Notes under the pieces: model-generated
Told to the model about the DNA's origin: nothing
Database searches by the model: none
What the model saw: only the letters and a program-made list of their open reading frames with translations
Shown here: positions 14,030-27,400 of the stretch, one piece after another
How the letters are laid out: the number at the start of each line of letters is the position of its first letter
How positions within the stretch are numbered: position 1 is the first letter of the stretch
Assembly (NCBI RefSeq): GCF_964204645.1
Contig: NC_134031.1
Location: forward strand, 15,735,807 to 15,799,806
Origin: Tubulanus polymorphus
Lineage: Eukaryota; Animalia; Nemertea
DNA length: 64,000 bases
Direction of reading: 5' to 3'
Translations under genes and position numbers: made by a program

Positions 14030-14191
14030 TAAAAACCCACAGTGGATTTGTCGAAAACGTTTATTACCTAAACAGTTGCGAGGTTAATTCTAAACCTCAC
14101 AATAAATCGATAAATTCTTGTGTTCCCTGATGATGTGGTTAGAATAACCTCGAAACTATTAGGAAATAAACTACTGTGGGTTTTTTATCTT
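14030..14191. mobile_element. Palindromic hammerhead-containing element (Penelope pLTR-like), degenerate
   Basis: Ends ATAAAAACCCACAGT / ACTGTGGGTTTTTTAT. Plus strand 14121-14166 reads UUCC-CUGAUGA-U-GUGGUUAGAAUAACCUC-GAAACUAUUA-GGAA. The left arm is an inverted partial copy. Same family as 40150-40415. Confidence 0.65.
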
Positions 14192-15118
14192 TCAATGGAA
14201 TCTGTGTGTATAATAACTAGGCCGAAAACCTAAAAAAATTCCAATCGCCTATTTCTCAAAATTCAAGGACTCTACAAGGAGTTTTTGGCATTTCGCTCAA
14301 ATTCGAGGATATTCAAGCACCTCTAAAATAATTTTCTCGGATAAGAAGGAGTTTGCGAGGAGTCGTAGGGACCCTGTATATAAACGACGCGCTCGCGTTC
14401 CCCCGGAAAAATCAACCGCGACGATAACCAACCTACCTTCCGAATTCTGCCTTTTGACTGGAGGAGGAAACGGAAAATAGGTCATATCCTCGGTCCTGGT
14501 GTAAAACCGCGACGCGGACATAATCCGAAATTATCGCCGGCTCCGATCGACGACGACGATTTAGTCGTTAACAGTCGGAAAACGTTCTCCATTAATGCCG
14601 CAAAGTCAAACAGTTTCGTCTGTCAATAGCAATAGAAATGTTGTAAACCTCAAATGCCAACCAGTTCTAGCATCTAGTCAATTACTCAATAGAAGGTCTA
14701 CGTGTTGAGTAACTAAGCGATAAAAACACAAACAACTCGAGTGTCGAACAGACGTTCTCGCGAAATTCGAGTCCGGAACGAGTATATTTCCACGTTCGAT
14801 CAACTCACACACTCAACTCAACTCACGACACGCCGGTATTACGCAAAATAAAATTTCGTTTATCGATCTTCTTTTATCAACAACGCTGGAAATTCATTTT
14901 CCGTAAAATGCCGAATAGCTCTTCGCCCACAGAACCTATAGAACTAGCCGACGAGAGAGAGAGAAAGAGAGTATACGAACCGCGAAACGTATAAACTTAA
15001 CCTTGATCGTAAATGAATAGCTTTGTCAGCGGCGTTTCAATGCGAATATGAATATTTTCACGCACGTGAACATAAAGTTAAACAAAAATGTCCATACTTA
15101 TGAATATATATATATAAA

Positions 15119-15162
<44 letters not shown>

Positions 15163-15691
15163 TAACGATTTCCACGATTATGTTACGCGTTAAATAAACG
15201 TTCTCGTCGTTCCTTCCAGTCTGTGACGCTCTCTTCTCGTCAAATTAACATTCGATGATTGATAGATCGTTAAATATTTGATAAAGCGATATAAAAAAAC
15301 CGGTGTCTCTCTACGTACGCGCGCGCGCAATCTGACGACTTATGAATATTCCTGACGTTTTGTTGTTAAACGCATAATTCAAGGCGACGACGCAATTATC
15401 ATGTGGTCGTAATCGCATTGCCGAGGTTGAATAGAATTCGCACTTAATGCGGAACCGCTAAAAATGAAGTTCAGCAGGGGGCCGGTGAAATCTCTTCGGC
15501 GTAACCCCAGTAAGAAATTATTCTTAAGTCCTATTCGGATCATTCTAAATTTCGTTATATCCGACTTCGTTATAACGAGGTTCCGATGCGGCAGGAAAAA
15601 ACCTTTTCGAAAAAATTTTCTCGAGTTCGCCTTCCGTTCCAATATATCAAATTATGACAAACTGATCAACAGGAGACAAGTAGGCCTAATA

Positions 15692-15930
15692 GGATAAAAA
15701 CCTACTATGTACGAATTAAAAGAATTTCAAAATCGAGAATATATTTATTCAAAAAATCTAAAATGAAATACACGACGTTTCGATCTCACCCTAGAGATCA
15801 TCGTCAGGTGTGGTGATCTCTAGGGTGAGATCGAATCGTCGTGTATTTCATTATAGATTTTTTGAATAAATAAATTCTCGATTTCTAAAATTCAAATTCT
15901 TTTAATTTGTACACAGTGGGTTTTTATCTT
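15692..15930. mobile_element. About 240-bp foldback element with a minimal type I hammerhead (minus strand, 15811-15770)
   Basis: Near-perfect palindrome. Minus strand reads ACAC-CUGACGA-U-GAUCUC-UAGGGU-GAGAUC-GAAACGUC/GUGU, with a palindromic ACGU stem III typical of Penelope-associated minimal hammerheads. The opposite arm has a broken core (GAAU). Confidence 0.75.
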
Positions 15931-16478
15931 ATCATCCGTTCTCCAAGTTTGAGTGTGATAATCGTTCTAACAAGTAGGCCTGTTCTTTAGAAAGTCAAAA
16001 GTCCAAAAGACGGTCGTTAGGGCCTAGTAATTCGGTCACCTCTAATAGATAAATAGACAGGGAACTCGCGAGCTTTTCCAGGAACGAAGATGACAACAAT
16101 CTATCCCCCTTTGACTGGTTCTTTTTTGACGTAAATAAATCCCAGGGGCCCACTTCGTGACGTTCGTCGACAAACCGGGACGAATTTGAATAGGACCGAC
16201 GAAGTAACAGGACTATAGAATTAACGTAACATAAACCTTTCAAACCGATCAGTCTAGAGAACCGTGCCGGTCGATATTTCACCGAACTACTTCATATATT
16301 TACTACGTGTAAATGTCGACTCGAAATCGTTTTAGAGGCCACGGCGTAAACAATGAAAATAAGAACGGCTTCTCCGGAAAACCGGCTGAATCTAGTTTAA
16401 ATTCAGAAGACATTCTACGCTGGAAATCAGCGGATATATATATATATCTATGTATATCTATATATATATCTATGTATA

Positions 16479-16549
<71 letters not shown>

Positions 16550-18567
16550 AGAGAAAACCTAGGCGATGCATCCACCAAAATTATTATGACGTATGTTCAT
16601 AAACAAAAGAGTGTTGATAGATTGATGGTTTAATTCGGGATACAAATGCCTGACGAATAACAGGCTGCACTCTTTAGTGTAGTTGCCGTAAACCGAACAA
16701 CAATTTTCGTGGAAAGAAACCTTATAATTTCACAAAACATATTTCTGTTGATATATTCATAGATCATGATATTTCTTTCGATCATCTATTTATTACATAC
16801 GCATTAGGGGAGGGGAGAGGCATCAGTGCAATTGCGTACTGTAATACTAAATGTATATGAAAGAATGGCCGATTTTGCGTACAGAGGGGGAGGGGGGTTG
16901 AAAAAGTCAAATTTCATGCGTACGTAATAAATCATTGATCCCCTACGTAAGATTGTGCCAGTACCACGAGGGGTATATAGAATACTTCAACGAGAATGGT
17001 AGTTCATTGCCCTGATCGTAGTTAAGGCGTTGATAGCAAGCAAATAAAACGCTGTTTCTAAAACCTATACATACCTTATAATACTAAATTCGAGACGCTA
17101 AGTGTGTGTGTGGCCGGTATCCGTTAAGCGCTAACTATCGAACGAATTGTCTAAACGCCGTTGGCCGAAAGTACATCGTCGAGCAACAAAGACCTGGAAG
17201 AGAACGATAAAAACGAATTACTAAATGCTGAAATCCTCGACGAGTCTCGAAAACCGAAAGAAAACCTCGATTCTCTCGTATCGCCCGATAGAAATCGATT
17301 ATGTGAACATCGCGTTTCTCACGTTTACAGTTCTGACCGTCGACAGCGCGAAACAAGTATCCGATCGTTCGTCTGCCGTGCGGGCGTCTGCCGTACAAAC
17401 GCGATACTGACCGCGATCAATAAATCGCGTAATCAATCGATACGTTCGCGAAACCCGATTTATCGCCGCCATAGACAACAATCAATAACGAAGTCAATTG
17501 GCGAGTTATCGCGCGCGCTGGATGAACTTCGAACTGAACCGCTCGAATCCTAACGTAACCAGTTCTTAAGTCTATTATCGAGATCATTATTCGAAACGAT
17601 CAAAGGCGGCCAAGTCTCAGCCGTTTCGCTTCGAGAGTCAGTAGTTTATACGACCAGGGTCGATATTAAAGCGCGTTCTTCTAGAGACTTTGAGAGCTTG
17701 AAATGTCAAAGCGGGCTGGATGAAAACAACCATACCGGTATATTGATTCAGACGGCACGCTTAACAACAGGGGCAAGTTGCAGGAATCACGGCTTAAGAT
17801 GATTTTAACACCATGTTAGTTCTTTGGCCAAACGAACGACTTAAAACCAGTCTGAAGATTTACGACTTAAAAGTCACGTCAACTAGTTTTGCAAACATTA
17901 CTTAAGTCCGAAAGCAGTCCTTATTCATACAGGCGGCTTTCAATTGTTGGATCGGCAGTGGAGAACTAAGATGGTCTAGGACCTATCATGACTCCTGCAA
18001 CTGGCCCCTGGTGGTGGTTCTACAGCCAATCCTATCCTAAGCCTTAAGATTTATGACATCTGAACACGAGTCACAACCGCGAATGAGATCAGAGTACTGG
18101 ATTGACCATCAGATTCAGTGGTTAATCGAAGAAATTAGGCGCACGCCTAATATGACCATAGATGAATATCAGGCGCAGTCAAATTTACTTCAGATGAATC
18201 AAGCAGTAGTGAAGGTGCATTGTTGTTGTTGTTGTTATTGATACAGAAGTCACTTCTCACTGTGTAAAGCAATAATGGCGTTCAATAGCTAACTTAGCAC
18301 AGGCGGTTATTATAGTTGCCATGGTTATATGATTCGACGGAGACAACGGAAATGAACTGATCTCGACGTTTACAGATCGTCTCAGTTCATTAGCAACTCT
18401 TTAATTAACCGATAAGAACTATATAAGCGTACTACACTAAAACTCGTTCGACCTGAAGCGAATGGCATCGACAGTCGCGGCGATCGTGATTCACTGAAAA
18501 GAACGAGGCGCCCGTTGTGTCACTAGCAATGATCCCACTAGATGGCGTGACTATCGGTGCAAATTCA

Positions 18568-18790
18568 GTTCAAAATCGAGTTTATTTCTGATGAACTTTC
18601 ATCGTCATTTTGGTTAAAAATTGAGTTCATTTTTTATGAACTTTCATCGTCATTTTGGTTCAAAATTGAATTTGACATTCTTTTTTAACTTCATTGTGAT
18701 TTTGGTTCAAAATTGAGTTCATTTCTGATGAACTTTTCATTGTGATTTCGGTTCGAAATTCAGTTCATTTCTGATGAACTTTCATCCCAA
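18568..18790. repeat. Minisatellite, about 5 x 44 bp
   Basis: Unit approximately GTTCAAAATTGAGTTCATTTCTGATGAACTTTCATCGTCATTTTG. Confidence 0.85.
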
Positions 18791-21700
18791 ATTTTAGCCT
18801 CCCACATATCAACACATTTCAGAGTCGTCATCTGTAAACCTGGTGAATCCTCGCTCGCCACAGTTGAACCTCCAATGTCGAACGTAGCGCGCTCATTGAA
18901 ATCGGATTGAGGCTCGAATAACCGAAAATACTACTGCCTCCAACTGCCCGTGTCTGATTGCATCTCGAGAGCCTCGCGACGCGTCAACCAACCCCGAAAA
19001 CGTCATGGATCCGTTCCTCTACGATCGCGACGTAGTCATTGACAACCGGAGCGATCAATTCAGTTACATCGGTTACCAGCGTTCGTTCGTCAACCGCAGC
19101 GAGATGAAAATAGTCTTCGTCGTCGTTGCCACATAAATACCACAGCAGCGGAAATCCTATTGACAGCGGGCTTTTTGCGCATGACGTTTTTATATCTAAT
19201 ACCAGAATAGAAAGTCAGAGCCATTCGCGCTCTTAATCCTATTGTCCAATGGTCGATTTATCATAAATCTACGTAAACAAACTAAAACCCTTGTAACAAC
19301 CGGGAGGTTGAATCAGCAGGATTCCTTATCCTAGAGATCAGGAATACAAAAGAGCCTGATATTTCCTTGATTTTCCCTCGATCAGAAAATCCTTGCGATG
19401 GGGGCTGTTTCTTATCAAGAGGTTCTTTGAGCCATTCGTCACCGGCGAGAACCGAAAGCTTCGACAAGACACAAAATAGCCCGACTTGCCCTGGTTTTCA
19501 AGAAAAAGATTCCCTGATTTTCCCTATAGCTGAAAAATTTATCGATTGGAATGCCCTGATTTTCCCTATGCTTAGGAACCCTCCAAAAAAAAGCAGTTGA
19601 ACCCTACAAATCAGACGCGTCCAATTGTTCTTAGCGTTTCGGAATGGTCGAACCCGGCAGCTATTGTCGATACTAGCGTCAACGGCGAGTAGAGAAACCG
19701 ATGACCAAAACATGCAAGATTGACGCAGCATCCTCGTCGTAATAACTACAACCCAGCCGAAGGCTTCGGCCGGTTACAGAATGGAATTCCATAACATTCA
19801 CAACATTCGTCGTCTATATGCAAATACAAGTGTGTAACTAGATCGAGCGCAAATGTCAATTTGAACTGTCACTCAGTTGGTCATCGCTGTTTCTGACATC
19901 AACGTCGTACGTCAAAATCTCTCAGCCATATTGATGTCGTTCGACACGACTCGCCGGTTCGACGAAAATAAAAATTGACGGTTCCAAAAAACTATGGATA
20001 TCTGATGCCGACGAGTGTAGGTAAAAACCCCACAAGATAAAATTCACCCCCCCCCCCACGCTGGTCTTTATAGGAAGTGACATGATTGACACAGGAAGTG
20101 GTTTCATTAAGAAATATATATTGTTTAAAACTGACGATAAAATATCTACATATATGTATTCCAGTTACTTGAATACATACATGTAGATATTTATTATTAT
20201 CATTACTTCTATAATTATTATAATTTTTTCAGGTGCAGTGACCTGTACAGCCTCCAGGCTTTCACGGCTTCTTTCATTTAACTGTTATTTCTCTTCACTA
20301 TTGTCGTTATTAAATCTTGTACTTTAAGTTAAATGAAAAATAAATTATTAATATCATTAGACAACGTGGACTTTCCACCTGTAACCAAATCCGACAACCG
20401 TTGGGAACTTATTTTAAACGCCGGCAGATTACGCGCGGATATTTTCTCCAATCTCCGATCGAAACTAATCACACCGCGACGACGTGGACAAACTATATAA
20501 AACCACTCAATAATTGTCGTCTTTATTTCACTGATGCGGTTAATGAGAGATATTAGAAATAGTCGTAGCAACTGACGACGACACGCAATAGAGATCGATG
20601 TTTTAGTTCGTACACACCCAGTAGTTAAAAGCTATACTCAGGTGCAGACAGTTAACCGAAATCATTCTAAACACAACCTTCTGATTTACGCTCTACCTTG
20701 TATTCGGTTTTTACGTTTTTTTTACGTTTTTAACGCGCGCCGGCGTTGCCGAAGGGAGATAAACAAGCTTCAATTCGTTTTTATTATGAATCGATGAGAC
20801 AGGCATCGCGTAGGTGAAGCACCTCCAGCCAGCAGGGTTTTGTACGCGATCAAAGTTCCACAGTTGATTCACGTGGAATCTGTTCTATATATCGGGAGGT
20901 GCAACGCCAGGTTTTCCCACCAGATGGCGTGACAAAAACTCAGTCTTACGTTATCAAAATAAGTTAATTTTCAATGAACTTCAAATTGCATTTTCAGGCT
21001 CCCGAATCCACACATTATCATATGGACCCAACAAATATACTTTAAATTCATTTTTCTACTCTTACGTCGGTGTAGTTTCCATAATATTTGATCTAATTAA
21101 GAGAAAAGTTCATTCGGATTTCATTGAAATGTAGAAGAAATTGAATGCGAACGACCGAGTAACTACTAGCGACACCTGGCGGAACCTTGCTTGCCACAGG
21201 AGCGTCGGTAGTTCCCCATTGTTAGGCGTGTAAGGTCACGGTGCGCTGATAGAACAACACTTCCTGGAAATAACTGAACTGAGCTACATGTTACACAGTT
21301 GTCAGCTTGTTCAGAATAAGGGCTTCAGGAAATAATCTGCGTCGGCCTTTTTATCACCAACTAGTCACTGATCCACATTCCAAAGACCATATCATCAACG
21401 TGTTAGTCGATTATATATCCGACTCATGTCTGATTGAATTCCACTTTGAAGTTTATCACGGCGCAGTATTATTATATCTATCACAAGAAATATCTAGCTC
21501 AGGGGCAGGAGAGATATACCAATCATACAATCATTTGATACTGTTCAATACAAGCACACGCACACGTCTCATGTACAGTAGTATGTGCAAATCGGAAATG
21601 AACGCGACCATCAAAGGTGATAGGAGGGGGGAATGACGAATGTACGATTGCTGATCTCTGGTGTGAGGGCTATCAGTGAGCTCTAGTGGTTTGTTGCCAT

Positions 21701-24467
21701 GTGATTCCGGTGAACGCGAATAGCTTTTGCGATCGAAAATTAGCCGCGCATCGAAGTCCTGTAGTTATGAATGAGTAGAACGACAGCTCCTGGTGAGCCG
21801 CCTCGAGTTCATGTATCGTAGAAATCATAATCGTTCAAAAAATACCTTTTTCTAGTTGGCTGGCTATACTACAATAGACTGCACTACCCACGGAGCCGAT
21901 CGTCTCGGATTATCCCGTGCCTCGGGCTAAAGATTCGACATTTTCTTACTGACAACCCGCTGTCACCCCAACTACCCGAGAATACACTGGTCTCAAGAAA
22001 TACATTGGCCCGCAAACGGAGTGTACTGTAGTAACACCATCGGAACTGAGCAGGCATCTAAATTGTTCCCTACTTATATACCGCAAAAAAAACCAGTAAT
22101 AAGTGGGAAAGTAAACAATATCGACGGGAATTCGGTCGAAATCTAAAGCACACGCGCGGAATCGGTCGGTCTATTGGCGGTAGCTGAACAAACATGACAC
22201 TACCATACTGGCACCTCCATACCATGTAAGATATAGATAGTTAGATAGATAGAAAGTGCAGCGTTCGTTCTCAATATCGTTCATGTTGCCATGGGGATCA
22301 TAAAAGTCGCGGCTTATGGAATGCATTCATTGTTACAATAATTCAGCGACGTAACAACCTCAAGGCCGGGAATCGGTACCATAAAATCTAATGTCAATTT
22401 GCGGGGCCAGAGACTGTAAACGCCAGAAACTATCGCACCAGAGGCAGCAATATTCACCGACCTGACTTTTACAGTCGACATTGATTTAAGCTTTACAGTT
22501 CAGTTAGTTATGAATATCGCCGTATTCCTGCTAGAATCAGCACAAACGGCGAGCAGATGATCATAAGAGTTAAAACGCTCGCTCTTATTGTACCGTTCAA
22601 GCTGACAGCGCGGATAATATACAGAAGGCAGATACCACGTACATGTCACAGGCAGGCGCAGTACGCAGGAGACCGTCGCAATTAAATTTAGACTCAATTT
22701 CCACTTCTGACATGAAACTATAATGCAGTAGCAATCAATTACAGAATTCATTCTAATTAATAAGTTAATTAGCCTATGTTGTCGTCGTATAAACCAGACA
22801 GCCTAATGTTAAACTCAACAAATCGTGTATTAGTCCGGACTTTGCTGGGACTAACATTAATGATGCATCCTAACAACAACTTACTTCAGTAAATTGAAAA
22901 TAGAAGGGGCTCTCAAGTCAAAAATTATGGCGACTTCATTAATAGTCCTATGATGTTTTCCCCTTGATGACGTCAAGCAAGATTGACTGTTGTCAGTAAG
23001 ATGGCCGTGGTTTAGTTTCACGATCGGATATTTTCACAAACCGTGTGATTTTATATAGAGCGTCACGACCGTCTGATAATGATCCTTAACAACCAATTTT
23101 TTATCGGAACTTTATAGCGGATAAATAAACAATATGAACACAAGGTATTTCGACATGATATTTTGAATTTATTCGCAGTTCATATTTAGCGCCATTCTCG
23201 CGAGATTATCAGCAACCCGGAAATAAAATCCAAGTCCATCGCCAAACCCGTGTGTAGGCATATGGGCTAGACGAAACATTAGCTAACAAATATTCTCTGA
23301 TGTAATGTACTTATTAAGTCAGTAAGAATTAATCACACTTATATGCTTAATTCAAATAGGTTAGATTATTCAATTTTGTGTTATTGATGGATTGTGTATA
23401 TTATTCAATGACGCGCCACGTACCGGTACTGGTCAACGTGTCAACGACGAATAATAGCCAAATCATAGGACAAAAGATTGGTGCGACCATGAGTTGACCT
23501 TTTGACAACGGTGGTGTATGCCAAATATTTCTAAACGTTTCGCACTATTCAAAAAGACCATTCAAAAATTCCTATTGTCACAAAAAGAGAAGGGAATACC
23601 GAGTCACACTCACAGGGCAAAGACTGAGAGGAGGGTATTTCTTGAATTTCTATAAAAATCCACATCATCATTCGATTGATGCACACTGTTTTCTACGGCA
23701 TACTATGAAATTAAACTACATTCAACGATTTTTTCTTCACGTCGGTGTCTGGCTGAAAACTGATGTAAATATATTATTCATTGTCAACCTACCTTTTCTG
23801 TAAAATTTAGTCGTTTTTTCGGCATGCTTTTCACTCGAATCCTCTTCTTCAACTACAGATATGACGTCATGGTGTCATTGATGTTAATATTGACCTACAG
23901 ATGGCGCCACGTTCCGGTCATAATCTCAAATTTTTTTCATATATCCGATTTACGACTTAATTCCAAACAGTGTATTTCTTATATTCTCCGACAGATCACT
24001 TCACCTTTATCTTTGTTCTGAATAAACTATTTACTTTCTCAAGTTCCTGACTCTAATTTATGACAGATATCAAAATAAATATCGTTTTTCACACTTAACA
24101 GAAATCCGAGAGCAACACGAACTCGTTCCTCTGTTACATAGTGATTTAAAGTGAAAAGTCTTAGATTTTGGAAAGAAAAACCACATGTAACTACAGGAGA
24201 CGATCATTAAATCAATCGAACTAGAACACTATAAAACTAGAAAACAAGACCGATGCTATATTCATATAATACAGAACATTACAAGACAAGATTTCAACAA
24301 GTCAAATAATAACACTATGATCTTTATATATAGAAATAAAACAAATTATTGTTATAAAAATATACAAATTGTTAATGTAATATTACAATTATCAATCTAG
24401 TTGAATTCTTAAACAGAGTGATAACAGAATTTATAGAGTTTATTGATCAGCTAGCTTCACTTCAAGA

Positions 24468-27400
24468 CTAAAACGCATTCTGCAGGAGCTCCAAATAAGC
24501 AGGATGAAGATGAGTGTCATCAAATTCTGAAATAAATAAGAAAAAGTAACCTCAAAATTGATGTAATTTGAGCGGCACACATGTAGAATCTAAATTCAGC
24601 TCAACGAACCATAGATCGATTTCAAAGAACCTGCAGGTTTTAATAAATCTTTCTCAATGTCTAACCACTTCAAGGTGCCATGTTTTTCGACTCTACGTCT
24701 TAAAGCTTGGTTGAATCGAACGACAATCGGCCTGAATTAAAACGAAGAATTACATTTCAAAAGTCAAAAAGATGGATGCAAAAGTTTGATGGAATATTCA
24801 GTACCTGGTTACATCGATCACCGGTGCGATTGGATGAACGTAAATTTTCCATCTATATTCAATTTGAAGATTGTCTAATACCTTGATATAAATGTCTATC
24901 AAACATTCCATTGCTTCCTCCAGACTCTGAAAGGCAATGAGAAAATATTTCGTAAAACCATTGCCGCAGGCTACATTTCTGCACCCGAAAGAGCGATACG
25001 GGTACTTACATCGTAATAACACTTTTGCACGCACGTTGTCAAAGATTCTCTACAGTCAATTTCACCGAAATTCACGACGACTAAAGCGTTATTCGGTATG
25101 ACTTTGATCGCTGTAAAGAAGCCTTCTCTGGTATACAGCTTTTCCTCATGCCGTAAATGCCATATCTTCGTTCCAGTTGACAGAACGGGGTGCACTGTAA
25201 CAGGAGTACCCTTTTTTAACAAGAAAAGAAAATCCCCTATTAATAGAATACCGGTGATTTTTGAAATTCTACAGTTGAAGGTTAGTAGTTCTCACCTTAC
25301 AAAGCAGCTTCTGCCAGGCAGGAGTAATACAATGGCTGTCACTTAGAAAATAAAGGAAATTCTGAGAGTTCAAATCACTGCAGTTAATAACATCCGGCGG
25401 ACACTGTTTCATAACGAGTTGAATGCAACGGAAATAGGCAGCTTCATTTCGAATTGCTGTTTTGTGAAGATCTCGTCCCGGCCATAGGTGTTCTGTAAAT
25501 GGATATCGAAGATAAAGAAAGGTGTTCTGTAAATGGATATCAATGATAAATTAAGCTGTTCCGTAAATGGTTATCAAAGATAAAGAAACAATGTCTCTAA
25601 CCCTCACGAGAATCTAGCAGTTCTTACCCAAAATTGACATTAATTTTTGGACAATTCGCAAAGCTCCGTTGACGTAGAATATCTTCACCGACGTGAACAG
25701 AATGGCCGTAAAGAAGATTTCAATATTACCATATGGACGTTCACTACTGGTATTCGTGTTATCTTCGTACTGCAAACCTGCAGGGTATAATTATAGGTCC
25801 GTTCATAAAGTATGTACGGTATGCAAAATATTCAGGGGCCAGTAACACAGTCAAGACTTAAGTCCAAAAGTGGTCTTAAATCTTAAGACTGGTCTTAAGT
25901 TGTTAGATTGGCTATAGAACTAAGTTGGTCTTAGACTGTTCTTAAGTCAAAGCCATGACTATGCAACCGGCCCCAGCTGATTTTCTACCACTTCTTTTCA
26001 CAAACACAATTCGAGCATTATGTTATGTTAGGGAGACGAGGCCTGTTAATGCGTTATATGACACAAATCTAAAAATCTTAATTCAAATATTCTGAGCATT
26101 TGAGATTTGCTTTTCGAAAGTTTACAAGAATTTCAAGGGAAACGTACAATTCCATAAGTAGATATCCTCAGGTACAGTTTCAATTATGTTTAGATACTGT
26201 TCTAGTAGTTGTTGTTGGTGAGGCTGATGGACAGATGACGCGAGAGATTGAGTTTTCAACTGCGTCTTCATGAACTGAATGCACGCTCCGTGTTTTCCTT
26301 TCAACTGAAATGAGCAGAATTCATAATTTCTATTCTACACGCTCAAAATTTGGCTTCTTAGTTTATATTCATTTTTGCGACACGTACCTCAAGCAGATGC
26401 ATATAAGCGAGCAAAATGATAAGATCGTTTGGATCGCACTGAACAGCTTTGAATAGAATCTTCTCCGCTTCATTCGTCGCTGATTAGAAAAATTTAAAAA
26501 TTTATTCATTTCGATGTTTCGTCATAATGCTACACGAATAACCACAGCATTTTATACAAAGCATTTCACTTACCTCCATAGTTATACAACACTTCGTAAA
26601 GGACAAACAATGCTGCAGATTGTCTACCGATAATACTATAAGAGACCATTTACAATCAAATTACATATAATCCATGGGGAAGGGGTTCGATTAAGGGTCA
26701 AGGGACACGATGCCCACTTGGTGATGAAATGCTCGACCATCTGAAAATCTTGATACTGACGAGGCAAGTTTTTGAGCTGCACATTTGTTTACAGTGGATT
26801 CATATATAAAAATATTCAGACAATCCATCGAAGTGTCTTAAAAATAACTGGATTGCGTCTACGGACAATGAATGAAAAGTGGATGCAATAGCCTGCCAGG
26901 ACCCAAGTCCCAAATGGGATAGAAATTGACCAATTCTTCCGATATGACTGATACATGTTAGAGTGTTAAAATGGCCGGGGTAATAATACCAGAAAATATA
27001 AAGCATTCTTAGTAGCTTTGCTGGATTTAGCGCTATATAAGACACATATTATTATTATTATTATATCATATATAAGAATATTTGATATCAAACGAAATCA
27101 TCAATTTATATTGTGAGCTTTTTAATCGTATTGAAGCCAGTGAATCAAAAGTACTGGATACATACTTTTCAAGAATTTCAACTCCGCCGGGTTTCTGCAC
27201 CAGCTTACACAATACAACAGGAATCCTCGTGTCAGCTGAAAATAGAAATTAAGCCATCTACCAACATCCATTGTGGCTCGAGCGACAATCTTGAAACTAA
27301 ACTAACGTTAGATTATGGAACAGGGGCGGATCTCGGGGTAAATCTGAGGGTCTTCTCAGAATTCTAGGGGCACACCGAAAAGAAAAGGGCACTGATAACA

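Larger units (their letters stand above)
12702..14376. mobile_element. Clustered fragments of a TIR DNA-transposon/MITE family (TIR CAGGGTCCCTAC)
   Basis: Three direct left-end copies at about 12702-12850, 13035-13175 and 13831-13962 (GGGT(C)CCTACAGATC.GTC.TTCC..AATTCAAGGA). A matching right end ..GTAGGGACCCTG lies at about 14260-14376. Confidence 0.6.

Noticed and set aside
13516-16633. ORFs containing YIYIYI runs, and poly-M/I/Y ORFs at 30.1-30.4 kb and 52.8-53.1 kb
   Set aside because: They are translations of microsatellites.
18568-18790. CTGATGA-containing tandem repeat as a retrozyme array
   Set aside because: No consistent stem II, GAAA or stem I pairing. It looks like an ordinary minisatellite.
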